64,000 nucleotides of DNA, from contig CAWHDZ010000009.1 in NCBI GenBank assembly GCA_963828255.1, positions 1-64,000 of the forward strand, read 5' to 3'. Origin of the DNA: an uncultured delta proteobacterium. GTDB taxonomy: Bacteria; Myxococcota; Myxococcia; Myxococcales; Anaeromyxobacteraceae. Each line of letters starts with the position of its first letter. Within the stretch, counting starts at the first letter, position 1. Below, one piece after another: positions 41,042 to 51,226 of this stretch. The position numbers were made by a program, and so were the translations under genes. The notes beneath the pieces are model-generated. The model searched no databases, was not told the origin of the DNA, and saw nothing but the letters and a program-made list of their open reading frames with translations.

Positions 41042-41220
41042 GGCGACCGCGGCGGCAGGTTCACCTCCCGCACCCCCAGCGCCCAGAGCAGCCCCGCCCC
41101 GGCGGCCTGCGCCTCGGTCATGTGCCTACCCCCGACCGGGGTGCCGTCGACGGTCACCGACCAGTGGCGGCGCCCCTTCCACACCCTGACGGTCGAGTGG
41201 CCCACCATGAATTTCGACAC
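40930..41220 (-). CDS. Small hypothetical protein
   Basis: GGAGG RBS before GTG; VRVWKGRRHWSVTVDG...; its 3' end overlaps the convergent gene. Confidence 0.4.
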   Translation of the reverse strand: MSKFMVGHSTVRVWKGRRHWSVTVDGTPVGGRHMTEAQAAGAGLLWALGVREVNLPPRSPQGKTGDAPPVAMVNVSTSVALMRSRNPRWSGSETGK

Positions 41221-41286
41221 GTCGCCTCCACGAGATCTGGACTGTGGAGATAGAGACGAGCGGGAACCACTTCTGTGACATCCGCC

Positions 41287-41706
41287 CTACGACTTGCGCT
41301 TCTCTTCCACTTCCTTGGCGAGCTCGGCGAGCTTGGGGTCCTCGGCCTTGGCCTCGTCGGCCGTCTTCGCGTCCGTGGCCTTGCCGGTCATGTGCGCGGC
41401 GCCCGGAGCCCAGCCCGGGGTGATGGTCGCGCCCAGGTCCTGGGCGGACCGGCCGAACATTCCGGCGACGGGGCGAACCACCGCCTTCGCCGTCAGGTAG
41501 ATGCCGATGAAGGGGAGGAACACCACCATCAGGCCGCCCAGCACCGGCATCAGCGCCAGCGCCGCTGCGGTGGGAACGTGCACGTAGTGCTCGGAGGCTG
41601 CGCCCGGGAGCCTCACGCCGTCGTGGGCGATCGGGAAGATCTCCCAGTTGCTCTTCGAGAGGTAGTAGCCGCCCTTCACTGCCGTTCCGCCGTTGATGGT
41701 CTTCAT
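41287..41706 (-). CDS. Small membrane protein, family B copy 1
   Basis: MKTINGG.AV.GGYY...LMPVLGGLMVVFLPFIG; paralog at 51864..52283. Confidence 0.85.
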   Translation of the reverse strand: MKTINGGTAVKGGYYLSKSNWEIFPIAHDGVRLPGAASEHYVHVPTAAALALMPVLGGLMVVFLPFIGIYLTAKAVVRPVAGMFGRSAQDLGATITPGWAPGAAHMTGKATDAKTADEAKAEDPKLAELAKEVEEKRKS

Positions 41707-41842
41707 GGTTCGTTCCCCTTTCTGAGAGGAGTGTGCTCCTTCGCACGGCCCGCCGATATTGGGAGAGCTCCCGATCGGGCGGGCTTTGAATCCCGACCCA
41801 CCTTCCGGAAAACACCCGAACCCGGATGGGGCGTCCGACGGG

Positions 41843-42328
41843 CTACCTGCCCAGCTTGGCGAGCACCATGTCGAAGATGGCGAACTCGAGCCGCTCGGCG
41901 GCCTCGGGCTCGAGCTTCTTGAAGCCGAACGACACCAGCACGTTACCGGGCTGCGGCTTCACCCCGGCGATGGTCACCGCACTCTTGAACGGATCAGTGT
42001 CCGGGAGCCTCATCGTGATGGTCAGTTCCTCGTCCGACCCGGGGGCGCGCGCCATCGGCGCGGAGAAGCCACCCAGCGAGAGGTCAGACGTGGTGAGCCG
42101 CTCCATCCGCACCCGGGACTCCAGATCGACCTGGAGCGCCCGGGCCACACGCAACGCCATCCGGGGAGACTGCTCCGGCCTCCGCGTGAGTCCCTGCGCG
42201 GCAACGAGCGCCCGGGCCAGTTCCTCGCGGCCGGCCTTGTAGTCCTGCTCCTCGACGGAGTTGAGCCCGCCGAGCTTGGCCCTCTCGTGCAGCGCCCTGA
42301 AGGCCGACAGCCAGTTCGTCAGGTCCAT
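41843..42328 (-). CDS. PilZ-domain protein
   Basis: RMALR (RxxxR) and DLSLGG (DxSxxG) c-di-GMP motifs. Confidence 0.8.
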   Translation of the reverse strand: MDLTNWLSAFRALHERAKLGGLNSVEEQDYKAGREELARALVAAQGLTRRPEQSPRMALRVARALQVDLESRVRMERLTTSDLSLGGFSAPMARAPGSDEELTITMRLPDTDPFKSAVTIAGVKPQPGNVLVSFGFKKLEPEAAERLEFAIFDMVLAKLGR

Positions 42329-42408
42329 GACGGAAGTCGTTATCCCGTCCGGGGCGGGGGAGGCAAGTCCGGCTCCACCTGCCCGGATGGGTCGAGGTGG
42401 CGAGCCCC

Positions 42409-44706
42409 TCAGGCGTCCAGCGGTCGGCCCTTCCGCCGGGCCACCCCGGCCAGGATCTCCTCCAGTTCCTCGAAGATGGGTGGCTTGGCGAGGTGGGCGT
42501 CGAAGCCGGCGGCGAGCGCTCGCTCGCGGTCCTCGGGCTGCGCGTACCCCGTGAGCGCGATGGCGAAGACGCCCGTCGCCGGATGGGCCGAGCGGATCGC
42601 GCTCATGACCTCGAAGCCATTCAGGTCGGGGAGCCCCACGTCGCAGATGATCACGTCGGGCGGGTTGGCCAGCACCGCCGCCACGGCCTGCCTCCCGGAG
42701 CCGACGGCGCTCACGTGGTGCTGGTCCAGCGTCAACATGAGGGAAAGGCTCTCCCTGGCATCCTCGTTGTCCTCCACGACGAGGATCGACAGGCCCGAGG
42801 CGCGCGGCGCGATCTTCGCCTCGATCGCCGTGGTGGCCGCACCCGCCTGGTCGACCGCCAGCGGTAGCCTCAGGACGAGCTCCGTGCCCAGGCCCGGGCC
42901 CTCGCTCCGGGCGCGCACCCATCCACCGTGGCTGACCGCGAGATCCCGCACGAGGGCGAGGCCGATTCCCATTCCCCCTCGTGATCCGTGCAGCGTCCGC
43001 CCGGCCTGGACGAACGGGTCGAAGATGGAGTCCAGGTCTCGGGGATCCACGCCGGCACCGTTGTCGCGCACGCTCACCTCGCAGGCCACGCCCGCCTTCC
43101 GGACGCCGACGTGCACCTCGCCGCCGGGCTGGGTGAACTTGAGCGCGTTGCTCACGAGGTTCCCGATCATCTGGATCATCCGGGCCGCGTCGGCGTCGAC
43201 CCAGATTGGGTGGGAAGATTCGGAGGAGAAGAGTGCCACCCCTCGCTCATTGAATGCCTCGTTCGCGTCCTCGCAGACGCGTCGCAACGGGTCCCGCGCG
43301 TCGATCCGGGTGCGCCGGAGCTCGATCTTCCCGTGTGCGATTCGCGCGATGTCGAGGAGGTCGTCCACCAGCCGGGTGAGATGCTCCGCCTGGCGATGGA
43401 GGATGGCCCGCGCACGCCGTGCCGTCTCGCCGTCCGGTGGGGCCCGGTCGAGCAGTGCGATGCTGTTGCGGAGGGATGCGAGAGGATTCCGCAGCTCGTG
43501 CGACAGCACGGCGAGGAACTCCGTCTTTCGACGTGTCTCGATGCGCAGTGCGTCCTCGGCCGTCTTCCGTGCCGTGACGTCCTGCGCGTAGATGTTCACC
43601 TCGGCCCCGACCGGCACGACGCTGACCTGGAACACGGCTCCCCTATGCTCGACCTCGACCTTGAGACGTCTGCCGGCATCGAGGGCGCGCCTGGCGGGCT
43701 CCGCCAGGTCCGCAGGGGCGGCGCTGCCCACGTCCAGGCCCAGCTCCCCGAGAAGCCTGAGCGCGGCGTCATTGGCATATCGAACCGTCAGATCTCCGGC
43801 CAGGCGGATGACCGGGTCCGGGTTCTCCCGGGGAAAGCGCGCCAGCGACTCTGCACGCGCCTCGGCCTGCTTGCGCTCGGTGATGTCCACGAACGCCCCC
43901 ACGGAACCCTCCGGCTGGCCGTCGTCGCCCCGTATCGGCGATGAGTTGCCGAGCAGGTGGCGCACGCTGCCGTCATCGAACACCAGGTCGAACTCGAAGT
44001 CGCGGAACTCCCGCCCGAATCGCGCTGCCGCCTGGATGGGCAAGTCGTCGCTCCGGATCTCCACCCCGTCCTTCATCGGGCGGAAATTCACCGGGCGTCC
44101 GTCGGGTGGCGCGGTGACCGAGACGTTCGAGCCGCGCGGCAGGCGCAGCAGCTCGCTGCCGAAGCGGTTCGCGTCGATCCGGGTTCCCTCCTTGTCACGG
44201 GCGATCCACACCGCGGCAGGGACGGTGTCGAGAACGGCCTGGAGCTCGGCGGCCCGGGTCCTCGAGCGCTGCTCGCTCTCCATCAGGGCAGCCTCGGCGC
44301 GCTTTCGGTCCGTGATGTCGCGGAGGATGACCTGGATGGAGACTCCGTCCCCGTCCGGGAAGGAGGCAGCGACGACCTCGACATCGCGGACCTCGCCGTC
44401 CAGCCGGATGATCCGCTCCTGCAGGAGCGGAATGCTCCTCCCCTCCACGATGTCGGAGATCCGGCCGCGGATGAGGGCGTGGTAGTCGGGATGGAACAGC
44501 TCGATCGCCGTTCGCCCGATCAGCTCGGAGGGCTCCCGCGCGCCAAAGAGCCGCGCGCAAGCGGGGTTCACCAGCGCGACCCTCCCGCCACGATTCAGCA
44601 GAATGGCATCCGGAGAAACCTCGACGAGGTTCCGGTAGCGTTGCTCGTCCATGGCCAGCGCCTCGCTGGCGTACCCGGGCGGGAGCTTGGATCCTGGCAG
44701 AGGCAT
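42409..44706 (-). CDS. PAS hybrid sensor histidine kinase/response regulator
   Basis: PAS domains, FLAVLSHELRNPL, NL.SNA.KFT, GG.GIGL, receiver (GFDAHLAKP). Confidence 0.92.
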   Translation of the reverse strand: MPLPGSKLPPGYASEALAMDEQRYRNLVEVSPDAILLNRGGRVALVNPACARLFGAREPSELIGRTAIELFHPDYHALIRGRISDIVEGRSIPLLQERIIRLDGEVRDVEVVAASFPDGDGVSIQVILRDITDRKRAEAALMESEQRSRTRAAELQAVLDTVPAAVWIARDKEGTRIDANRFGSELLRLPRGSNVSVTAPPDGRPVNFRPMKDGVEIRSDDLPIQAAARFGREFRDFEFDLVFDDGSVRHLLGNSSPIRGDDGQPEGSVGAFVDITERKQAEARAESLARFPRENPDPVIRLAGDLTVRYANDAALRLLGELGLDVGSAAPADLAEPARRALDAGRRLKVEVEHRGAVFQVSVVPVGAEVNIYAQDVTARKTAEDALRIETRRKTEFLAVLSHELRNPLASLRNSIALLDRAPPDGETARRARAILHRQAEHLTRLVDDLLDIARIAHGKIELRRTRIDARDPLRRVCEDANEAFNERGVALFSSESSHPIWVDADAARMIQMIGNLVSNALKFTQPGGEVHVGVRKAGVACEVSVRDNGAGVDPRDLDSIFDPFVQAGRTLHGSRGGMGIGLALVRDLAVSHGGWVRARSEGPGLGTELVLRLPLAVDQAGAATTAIEAKIAPRASGLSILVVEDNEDARESLSLMLTLDQHHVSAVGSGRQAVAAVLANPPDVIICDVGLPDLNGFEVMSAIRSAHPATGVFAIALTGYAQPEDRERALAAGFDAHLAKPPIFEELEEILAGVARRKGRPLDA

Positions 44707-44824
44707 GGGCCGTTCCTCCGAGGAGAGCGGTACATGGGAACATAATCGGGACTTACGGAGGCGCCCCACGAGCTCTGGGTTATGGTGGCGCCCATTCTCT
44801 CCCTGGAGCGCGAGGACCTCCCCC

Positions 44825-45874
44825 ATGCCCCCCGGATCAAGGATCCCCGGCAGGATCGACCCCATCCTCTCGGGGCTGAAGGCCGTCCTCGACCACTACC
44901 GCGAGCGCGACACGCTGCCTGCGCTCACCGAGGCCGACCGACTGGACGGGAAGACCTGCCTCGTCACTGGTCCGAGCGCGGGGCTCGGGCGCGCCATCGC
45001 GCCGGAGCTGGCGCGGCGCGGCTGCCGCGTCATCCTCGCCTGCCGCGCGGGTCACGAGGGGCTCGCCGAGGCGGTCGGGAGGGAGAGCGGCAACCGGGAC
45101 GTCTCGCAGCGCCCGCTCGACCTGGCCGATCTCGCCAGCGTGACCGCGCTCTGCGACGGCCTGGCGCGCGACGGGGTGCGGCTCGACCTCCTCGTCAGCA
45201 ACGCCGGCATCGCACCGCTCGGCAACCGGCTCACCCGCGACGGCTTGCCCGAGCTCTTCCAGGTCAACTTCCTGGGCAGCTTCCTCCTCGTGAACCGGCT
45301 CCTCGCCGACGGCGTGATCCCCTGCGAGACCTTCGCGGCTCCGGGCGCGGCGCCGGACGGCGGCCGGGGGCGCCGCGTGCCGCGCGTCGTCTTCACCTCC
45401 TCCGAGACGCACCGGAGCTGCCCGCCCATCGACTTCGACCGGTTCGGGCAGTTCCCGGACTTCGGCCTCATGGAGGGCACGACCTGGTACGGGCAGAGCA
45501 AGCTGTACGTGCAGACCTTCGCCTGCGAGCTGGGGCGGCGGCTCGTCCGGGCGGACGGCGCGCCCGACGTGTCGGTCTTCTCGTACTGCCCGGGCGCCGT
45601 CCGGACCAGCATCTCCCGCGAGGGGGGATTCATGGGGAAGCTCATGACCGCCTACTTCATGGATCCGAAGGTGGCGATGTGGCCGGCCATCCACTGCGCC
45701 GCCAGCCGGACGCTGGAGGGCCGAAGCCGCCTCTACCTCTACCTTCGTCACGTCGCCGAGACCGACACCCGGTCATCCGATCCGCGCAACGGCGAGCGGC
45801 TCTGGCGGCACGGGCTCGAGGTGCTCGCCGCGCGCGGCATCCGGCTACAATCGTGGCCAGCAGCCCATCCCTGA
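44825..45874 (+). CDS. SDR oxidoreductase (retinol-dehydrogenase-like)
   Basis: VTGPSAGLG, LDLADLASV, SNAG, VNFLG, YGQSK (YxxxK). Confidence 0.88.
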   Translation: MPPGSRIPGRIDPILSGLKAVLDHYRERDTLPALTEADRLDGKTCLVTGPSAGLGRAIAPELARRGCRVILACRAGHEGLAEAVGRESGNRDVSQRPLDLADLASVTALCDGLARDGVRLDLLVSNAGIAPLGNRLTRDGLPELFQVNFLGSFLLVNRLLADGVIPCETFAAPGAAPDGGRGRRVPRVVFTSSETHRSCPPIDFDRFGQFPDFGLMEGTTWYGQSKLYVQTFACELGRRLVRADGAPDVSVFSYCPGAVRTSISREGGFMGKLMTAYFMDPKVAMWPAIHCAASRTLEGRSRLYLYLRHVAETDTRSSDPRNGERLWRHGLEVLAARGIRLQSWPAAHP

Positions 45875-45887
45875 TCGCCGAAGGAGC

Positions 45888-47114
45888 GTGAACGTGCTCG
45901 AAGGCCTCCGTTCGTGGAAGACCCGCGTGCTGGACCGGCAGGCGCAGCTCCTCGGCTTCCTCCTGCTCCTGAAGTCGGGGAAGGGATTCACGGGCGGTCG
46001 CGAGAAGCTGATCGTCGGCGACGGCCAGCGCTTCAAGGTGATCGTCTGGGGCACGGGCTTCGTCGGAAGGCAGGTGGTGCGGATGCTGCTCGACCACCCC
46101 CGCTTCGAGCTGGTGGGCGTCATCGTGAACTCCCCGGAGAAGGACGGCGTGGACGTGGGCACGCTGTGCGGGGCGGCGCCGGTGGGGCTCGCGGCCTCGC
46201 GGGATGCCCGCGCGGTGCTCTCGCGCGAGGCGCACGCGGTGGCCTACTTCGGCCCGACCGCGCAGTACCTGGCCGAGAACCTGTCGAACCTCACGCTGGC
46301 CATGGAGATGGGCAAGGACGTCGTCTCCACGTCGCTGACGCCGCTCGTCTACCCCCGGGAGTGCCCCACCGCCATCGCCGGCACGCTCCAGGAGGTCTGC
46401 CTGCGCACCGGCCGCACCTGCTTCACGACGGGCATCGACCCCGGCTTCGCGAACGACCTCCTCCCCATGACGCTCATGGGCGTCTGCGGGCGGGTGGACC
46501 GGGTGCGGGTCCAGGAGATCCTCGACTACGCGTCCTACGCGGGCGACTACAAGCCGATGGGGCTGGGGCAGCCGATGGAGTACCGCGCCATCCTCGAGGA
46601 GCCCGAGGTACTGCAGTTCGGCTGGGGCATGACCGTCCCCATGATCGCGGACGCCATCGGCGTGCGGCTCGAGAAGGTCGACTCGACCTGGGAGAAGTGG
46701 GCCACGCCGGAGGAGATCCGCTACGAGCACGGCGTGATCCCGGCCGGGTGCTGCGCGGCGGTCCGCTTCGAGATCCGGGGCTGGGTCGGGGGTGAGCCGC
46801 GCATCGTCCTCGAGCACTGCAACCGGGTGACCAAGGCGGCGGCGCCTCACTGGCCGAAGGGGAAGATGTACGAGCACGACGTGTATCGGGTCATCGTGGA
46901 CGGCGAGCCGTGCATCGAGCAGGAGACGGCGCTGCGCGACGCGGCCACCCAGGACGCCAACCGCGCCGGCTGCCTGGCGACCGGGATGAGGGCCGTCCAC
47001 GCGATCCCGGCCGTGTGCGCGGCCGGGCCGGGGCTCGTCTCCACCCTCGACCTCCCGCTCATCCCCGGGTTCGGGAACATGCGGGACCCATCCCGGCCGG
47101 GCGTTCAGCGGTAG
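45888..47114 (+). CDS. NAD(P)-dependent amine dehydrogenase / diaminopentanoate-dehydrogenase-like (DapB_N) protein
   Basis: WGTG.VG, K.G.D.G.L.G, TGIDPGFANDLLP, AIPAVC.A.PG. Confidence 0.8.
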   Translation: MNVLEGLRSWKTRVLDRQAQLLGFLLLLKSGKGFTGGREKLIVGDGQRFKVIVWGTGFVGRQVVRMLLDHPRFELVGVIVNSPEKDGVDVGTLCGAAPVGLAASRDARAVLSREAHAVAYFGPTAQYLAENLSNLTLAMEMGKDVVSTSLTPLVYPRECPTAIAGTLQEVCLRTGRTCFTTGIDPGFANDLLPMTLMGVCGRVDRVRVQEILDYASYAGDYKPMGLGQPMEYRAILEEPEVLQFGWGMTVPMIADAIGVRLEKVDSTWEKWATPEEIRYEHGVIPAGCCAAVRFEIRGWVGGEPRIVLEHCNRVTKAAAPHWPKGKMYEHDVYRVIVDGEPCIEQETALRDAATQDANRAGCLATGMRAVHAIPAVCAAGPGLVSTLDLPLIPGFGNMRDPSRPGVQR

Positions 47115-47548
47115 GTCACCGATGGCGCACGGCACTCGATGTGCGCGATGCGCCCGTCCGGGTGGTGGTGCACCACGCTCACCGACGCGCGCCGGCCATC
47201 CTCGATCTCCTGCTCCCGCAGGTCGAAGTGGCGCGCGTACGCCGAGACCGGCAGGGCGGACTCCAGCTTGGCCCGGTGGCGCGGCAGCTTCCGCCACGCC
47301 ACGAGCGTGCCCGAGGTCCCCGCGATCGCGGCCAGCGAGAGCGGAAGGCTCGGCCCGCCGGCCGGCAGGAGCGTGAGCCCCCAGACCGGCACCTGGGGCG
47401 CCAGCTGGAGGAACTGGCCGACGGTCTTCACCAGCGGAGCCCACAGCCAGAGCCACCCGCCCCAGAGGGCGGCCGTGGAGGCCGTGGAGGCGAACCTCTG
47501 GTGCCAGGCCAGCCGGCCGCTGGCCTCGATGATCAACGTCGACTTCAT
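47105..47548 (-). CDS. pgaD: PNAG biosynthesis protein PgaD
   Basis: Short TM protein (LW..W.WLW.PL) with a VVHH..DG.I end, downstream of pgaC. Confidence 0.75.
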   Translation of the reverse strand: MKSTLIIEASGRLAWHQRFASTASTAALWGGWLWLWAPLVKTVGQFLQLAPQVPVWGLTLLPAGGPSLPLSLAAIAGTSGTLVAWRKLPRHRAKLESALPVSAYARHFDLREQEIEDGRRASVSVVHHHPDGRIAHIECRAPSVTYR

Positions 47549-47654
47549 GCTTCTCCAGTCCCGTCCGCTGGTTGCTGGTGCGGTTCCAGGGAGGGCGCGG
47601 TGTAACCGACCGCCACTCTCCTGTCCAGTCAGACGCGCGAGGGACGCTTTCGAT

Positions 47655-48917
47655 TCAAGGGCGGATCCCGCGGTCCGGGCTCACCCACCGGGCGCGCGCG
47701 CCTTTTCCTCTACTAAAAACAAGAGGATACGCCGCGATCGTGGTCGCTGCTCCGATGACCCAGTAGGCGACCGGGTACCAGATCATCCAGAAGAGCGCCC
47801 GACCGAGCCCCCGGTCGTAGCGCGCGTCCATCGCTGTCGAGAAGACGAACTGCAGCAGGCAGGCCGTTCCCAGCAGGACGCCCCCCGACGCGGGAACGAG
47901 TGGCGACCCGACGAGCGGGACCATCCCGGCGGGCAGCAAAATCCCGAGGAGCCAGAGGAGGGAGAGGGCGAGCAGGGCGTAAGCCCACACGGCGCTTGCC
48001 GTCATCTCGAGGAGGAGCGGCCAGAGGTGACGCTGCGAAGGCTTCACCCAGGCGTCCAGGTTCCTGAGCAACGTCTGCGCGCCCCCCGTGGCCCAGCGGA
48101 GCCTCTGCTTCCACAGGCCTCGCAGGGTCTCGGGCATGAGGATCCAGGTGAGGGCCCGGGGCTCGAAGAGGACGTCCCACCCGGCCCGGTAGAGCTTCCA
48201 GGTGATGTCGATGTCCTCGGTGAGGACGTCCGTGCTCCAGTAGTCGACCTGGTGCACGGCGGAGCGGCGGAACGCCGTGATCACCCCGCTCACGGTGAAG
48301 ATGCGTCCGAAGGTCTTCTGGGCCCGCTTGATGGTGCCGACGATGCAGGAGAACTCCCCCACCTGCACACGCCCCAGGATCGTCGAGCGGTTCCGGATGC
48401 GCGGGTTGCCGGTGACCGCGGCCACGCCCGGCTTCTGCACGAAGTGGCGAACCAGCCAGTGGGCGGCGTGCCGGTCGAGCAGCGCGTCGCCGTCGATGCA
48501 GACCAGGATCTCGTGCCGCGCCAGGAGCGCCCCGGTCCGGAGCGCCACCGCCTTGCCCTGGTTCTCGGCGAGGTGGATCACCCGCAGACGCGGATGGAGC
48601 GCGGCGAGCCGCTCCAGCACCTCGGCGGTGCCGTCCCGGCTTCCGTCGTTGATCGCGATGACCTCCACGTCCGGGTAGTCGAGCGCCAGCGCGTGGGTGA
48701 TGGTCTCCGCTGCGTTCTCCTCCTCGTTGAAGCAGGGGATGAGCACCGAGATCGGAGGCGGATCCGCGAGGGGAACCGGTGCGTCCCAGGACGGCTGGCC
48801 ACGCTCCCGCCTCCACCAGAACAGGGCCGCCCCCACCATCCAGACCGCCGACATGACGAGCGGGTACCAGAAGACGTAGGAGAGCAGGACCCTCCCGACG
48901 GTGGCGAGCGCGTTCAC
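47655..48917 (-). CDS. pgaC: Poly-beta-1,6-GlcNAc synthase
   Basis: PCFNEE, NDGS, NQGKA, IDGD, TEDID, QRLRW. Confidence 0.93.
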   Translation of the reverse strand: MNALATVGRVLLSYVFWYPLVMSAVWMVGAALFWWRRERGQPSWDAPVPLADPPPISVLIPCFNEEENAAETITHALALDYPDVEVIAINDGSRDGTAEVLERLAALHPRLRVIHLAENQGKAVALRTGALLARHEILVCIDGDALLDRHAAHWLVRHFVQKPGVAAVTGNPRIRNRSTILGRVQVGEFSCIVGTIKRAQKTFGRIFTVSGVITAFRRSAVHQVDYWSTDVLTEDIDITWKLYRAGWDVLFEPRALTWILMPETLRGLWKQRLRWATGGAQTLLRNLDAWVKPSQRHLWPLLLEMTASAVWAYALLALSLLWLLGILLPAGMVPLVGSPLVPASGGVLLGTACLLQFVFSTAMDARYDRGLGRALFWMIWYPVAYWVIGAATTIAAYPLVFSRGKGARARWVSPDRGIRP

Positions 48918-48926
48918 CCGTTGGCC

Positions 48927-50906
48927 TCAGGGAGCGGCGCGCGGGGGCGCCGGCCTCTGGGAGAGCACGCGCCGGATCACCGCCGGGTCGGGGTGGTTCT
49001 TCATCGGGGTGTCAGGATAGTACCCGACGTGCTGCACGCCGAGATCGAAGAGCATGCGGAGGGTGTCGGCGAGCTCCTCGCTCGGGATGGGCTTCGAGTC
49101 CTGGCGCCAGTCCACGGCCTGCAGCTCGAAGACCACCTTCTTCATCGCTCCCCGCGCCTTCACCTCGGCGACGAGGTCCCGGTAGAAGGCGCCCGGATCC
49201 GGCGCCTGCTCCATGTAAGGCATGGCCATGATGGCGGTGAAGTCGTACCGGGCCAGCGAGTTGTCGAACGATTGCGCGTACCAGGCCTCCGCGCGCGGCT
49301 TGAGCGCCACCTGGGCGTAGAGGTTGCGGGCCGTGACGAGCGCGGGCTGCTCCCGGCGGACGATGTCGGCGAGCTCCATCGCGAAGTCGTCGAGCGCGTT
49401 GATCTTGAAGATGGTCCAGCGCCCGACGAGGTCGTCGCTCCGGCGGATCGCGTCCACCGAGCCGGGCAGGCCCCATTTCCGGTAGGTCTCGAGGGCGGGC
49501 GGGCTCGCGTCCTCCCGGTCCGAGAGGGTGAGGTCGTCGTGGAAGAGGAGCCCGTCGAAGCTGGCCGAGCGGGCCAGGTCCTCGTAGATCTCGCGGATGG
49601 CCTGGCGAGCCCGCGGAGAGAACGGCGAGAGTCGCTTGTAGGCCATGTCCACCCGGCCGGCGGTCTCGCCCGGCGCCGGCGGAAGCGCCGTCACCACGTC
49701 CTTCGCGGCGGGATCGCCGGGCGGCAGCTCGAAGGCGAGGGCCGGGAACCAGGCGTAGAGGCGCCGCACCTGCGTCCGGGTGCGGATCTGCCAGGCCACC
49801 CGGTTGAAGAGGTCGGCCCGCATGGGCAGGCGGCGGCTCGGGAAGTAGACCGCGTCGGCCGACCCGTTCGCATCGGGGTCGGCGAAGGCCTGCAGGTAGA
49901 CGGTGTTCACGTTGAGCCAGATCAGCCGGTCGAGCAGGTGCGACAGGTTGCGCTCCTGCTGGGCCGGGTCGGGGTCGAAGATGGCGTCGAGGTCCACGTG
50001 GGCGATGGACTGGGGCCGGTCCTCGTCGGAGACGTCCCCCTCGCGCTCCTCCAGCTCCCCCGCGAAGGCAGGGAGCGTGAGATCGCCCTCGACGATGAGC
50101 CGGCGGAGCGCCATGAGGGGCGTATCCGGGCCGTTGGCCCCGTCCAGGAGCGTGAGCCCGACCTTGAAGCCGAGCCGTTCGGCGATGGCCACGCTGGTGG
50201 CGTTGTACCGTCCGTAGGGCCAGGTGATCACCCGCGGCTTCTTGCCGGTGCGCCTCCGGATCTCGGACACGCTCCTCGAGAGGTCGGCCTCGATGCGCCG
50301 GCTGTAGGAGGGCTCGTCCTCGTAACGCCTCTTGTCGGGGAGCCAGCGCCGGCTGGTGGCCGCGGCCTGCAAGTTTCCCTGCGGGTTCGCCGGGATGCCC
50401 CGGTGCAGGTCCCAGGAGTGGCTGCCCACCTCCACGAGGCCGCTCCGCATCATCTCCCGCAGCGCCTCCCAGGAGATCATCGTCTTCCGCGGCTGCTGCT
50501 TCCCGTCGACGTCGACGAGCTCCTTTTCTTCCAGCCAGGTTCCCACCACGCTCACCACGGCCGGGATGCGGAACATCTCGAGCACTGGCCAGGCGTGGAC
50601 GTACACCGACTGGTACGCGTCGTCGAAGGTGACCAGCACGGCCTTGTCGGGGAGCGGCTTCCTCCCCGCACGGCTGGCGAGCAGGTCGTCGACGCTGACG
50701 AACCGGTAGCCGTGGTTGCGGAGCCAGTCCATCTGGCGGAGGAAGTTCGTCGGCGTGACCGCGTACGCGGGCGTGAGCGCGTCGGCCTTGTCGGCGATCT
50801 CGTGGTAGCTCAAGATCGTGAGCTCGCCCCGGTCCCTCGCCAGCGTCAGCGAGGGAAGGAGGAGGACGAGGGGCAAGATGCCCCGGAGGAGTCGTGCGAG
50901 GTCCAT
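48927..50906 (-). CDS. pgaB: PNAG N-deacetylase/glycoside hydrolase
   Basis: LSYHE, TFDD.Y, SHSWDLH, WPYG.YN; GH153 part HVDLD, VYLQAFAD, MAMPYME. Confidence 0.93.
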   Translation of the reverse strand: MDLARLLRGILPLVLLLPSLTLARDRGELTILSYHEIADKADALTPAYAVTPTNFLRQMDWLRNHGYRFVSVDDLLASRAGRKPLPDKAVLVTFDDAYQSVYVHAWPVLEMFRIPAVVSVVGTWLEEKELVDVDGKQQPRKTMISWEALREMMRSGLVEVGSHSWDLHRGIPANPQGNLQAAATSRRWLPDKRRYEDEPSYSRRIEADLSRSVSEIRRRTGKKPRVITWPYGRYNATSVAIAERLGFKVGLTLLDGANGPDTPLMALRRLIVEGDLTLPAFAGELEEREGDVSDEDRPQSIAHVDLDAIFDPDPAQQERNLSHLLDRLIWLNVNTVYLQAFADPDANGSADAVYFPSRRLPMRADLFNRVAWQIRTRTQVRRLYAWFPALAFELPPGDPAAKDVVTALPPAPGETAGRVDMAYKRLSPFSPRARQAIREIYEDLARSASFDGLLFHDDLTLSDREDASPPALETYRKWGLPGSVDAIRRSDDLVGRWTIFKINALDDFAMELADIVRREQPALVTARNLYAQVALKPRAEAWYAQSFDNSLARYDFTAIMAMPYMEQAPDPGAFYRDLVAEVKARGAMKKVVFELQAVDWRQDSKPIPSEELADTLRMLFDLGVQHVGYYPDTPMKNHPDPAVIRRVLSQRPAPPRAAP

Positions 50907-50989
50907 TCGACCCGCATTCTAGCCCCGACTACCGCTCACTGGCAGCACACGCCGCACAGGCGCAGGTGCCTGGGCGAGCGTCTCCGGGG

Positions 50990-51150
50990 AGCCCTCTTGG
51001 GGCGGCGCACCTGCAGGCTGAGCGCGAGGTCGTAGGTGAGCTCGAGCAGATCACGGCGCCGGTGCAGGTCATGTGGCAGTCGTTCCCCGTGCACTCCGTG
51101 TTGCAGTTGCCCGTGTTCTGGCAATTGATGTTGCATCCGCCCCCGGCGCG
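50990..51150 (-). pseudogene. Cys-rich gene fragment
   Basis: GGCNINCQNTGNCNTECTGNDCHMTCTGAVIC with no proper start. Confidence 0.4.
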
Positions 51151-51226
51151 TTCGGTAGAAACACGGAGAGGCCAGCCCTCGCGGACCGGCCCCTCGTCTC
51201 CGTCGGGCCCCTGGCCCGCGGTGAAC

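Noticed and set aside
47139..51035. 1298-aa plus-strand ORF
   Set aside because: Antisense shadow of pgaBCD, typical of high-GC DNA.
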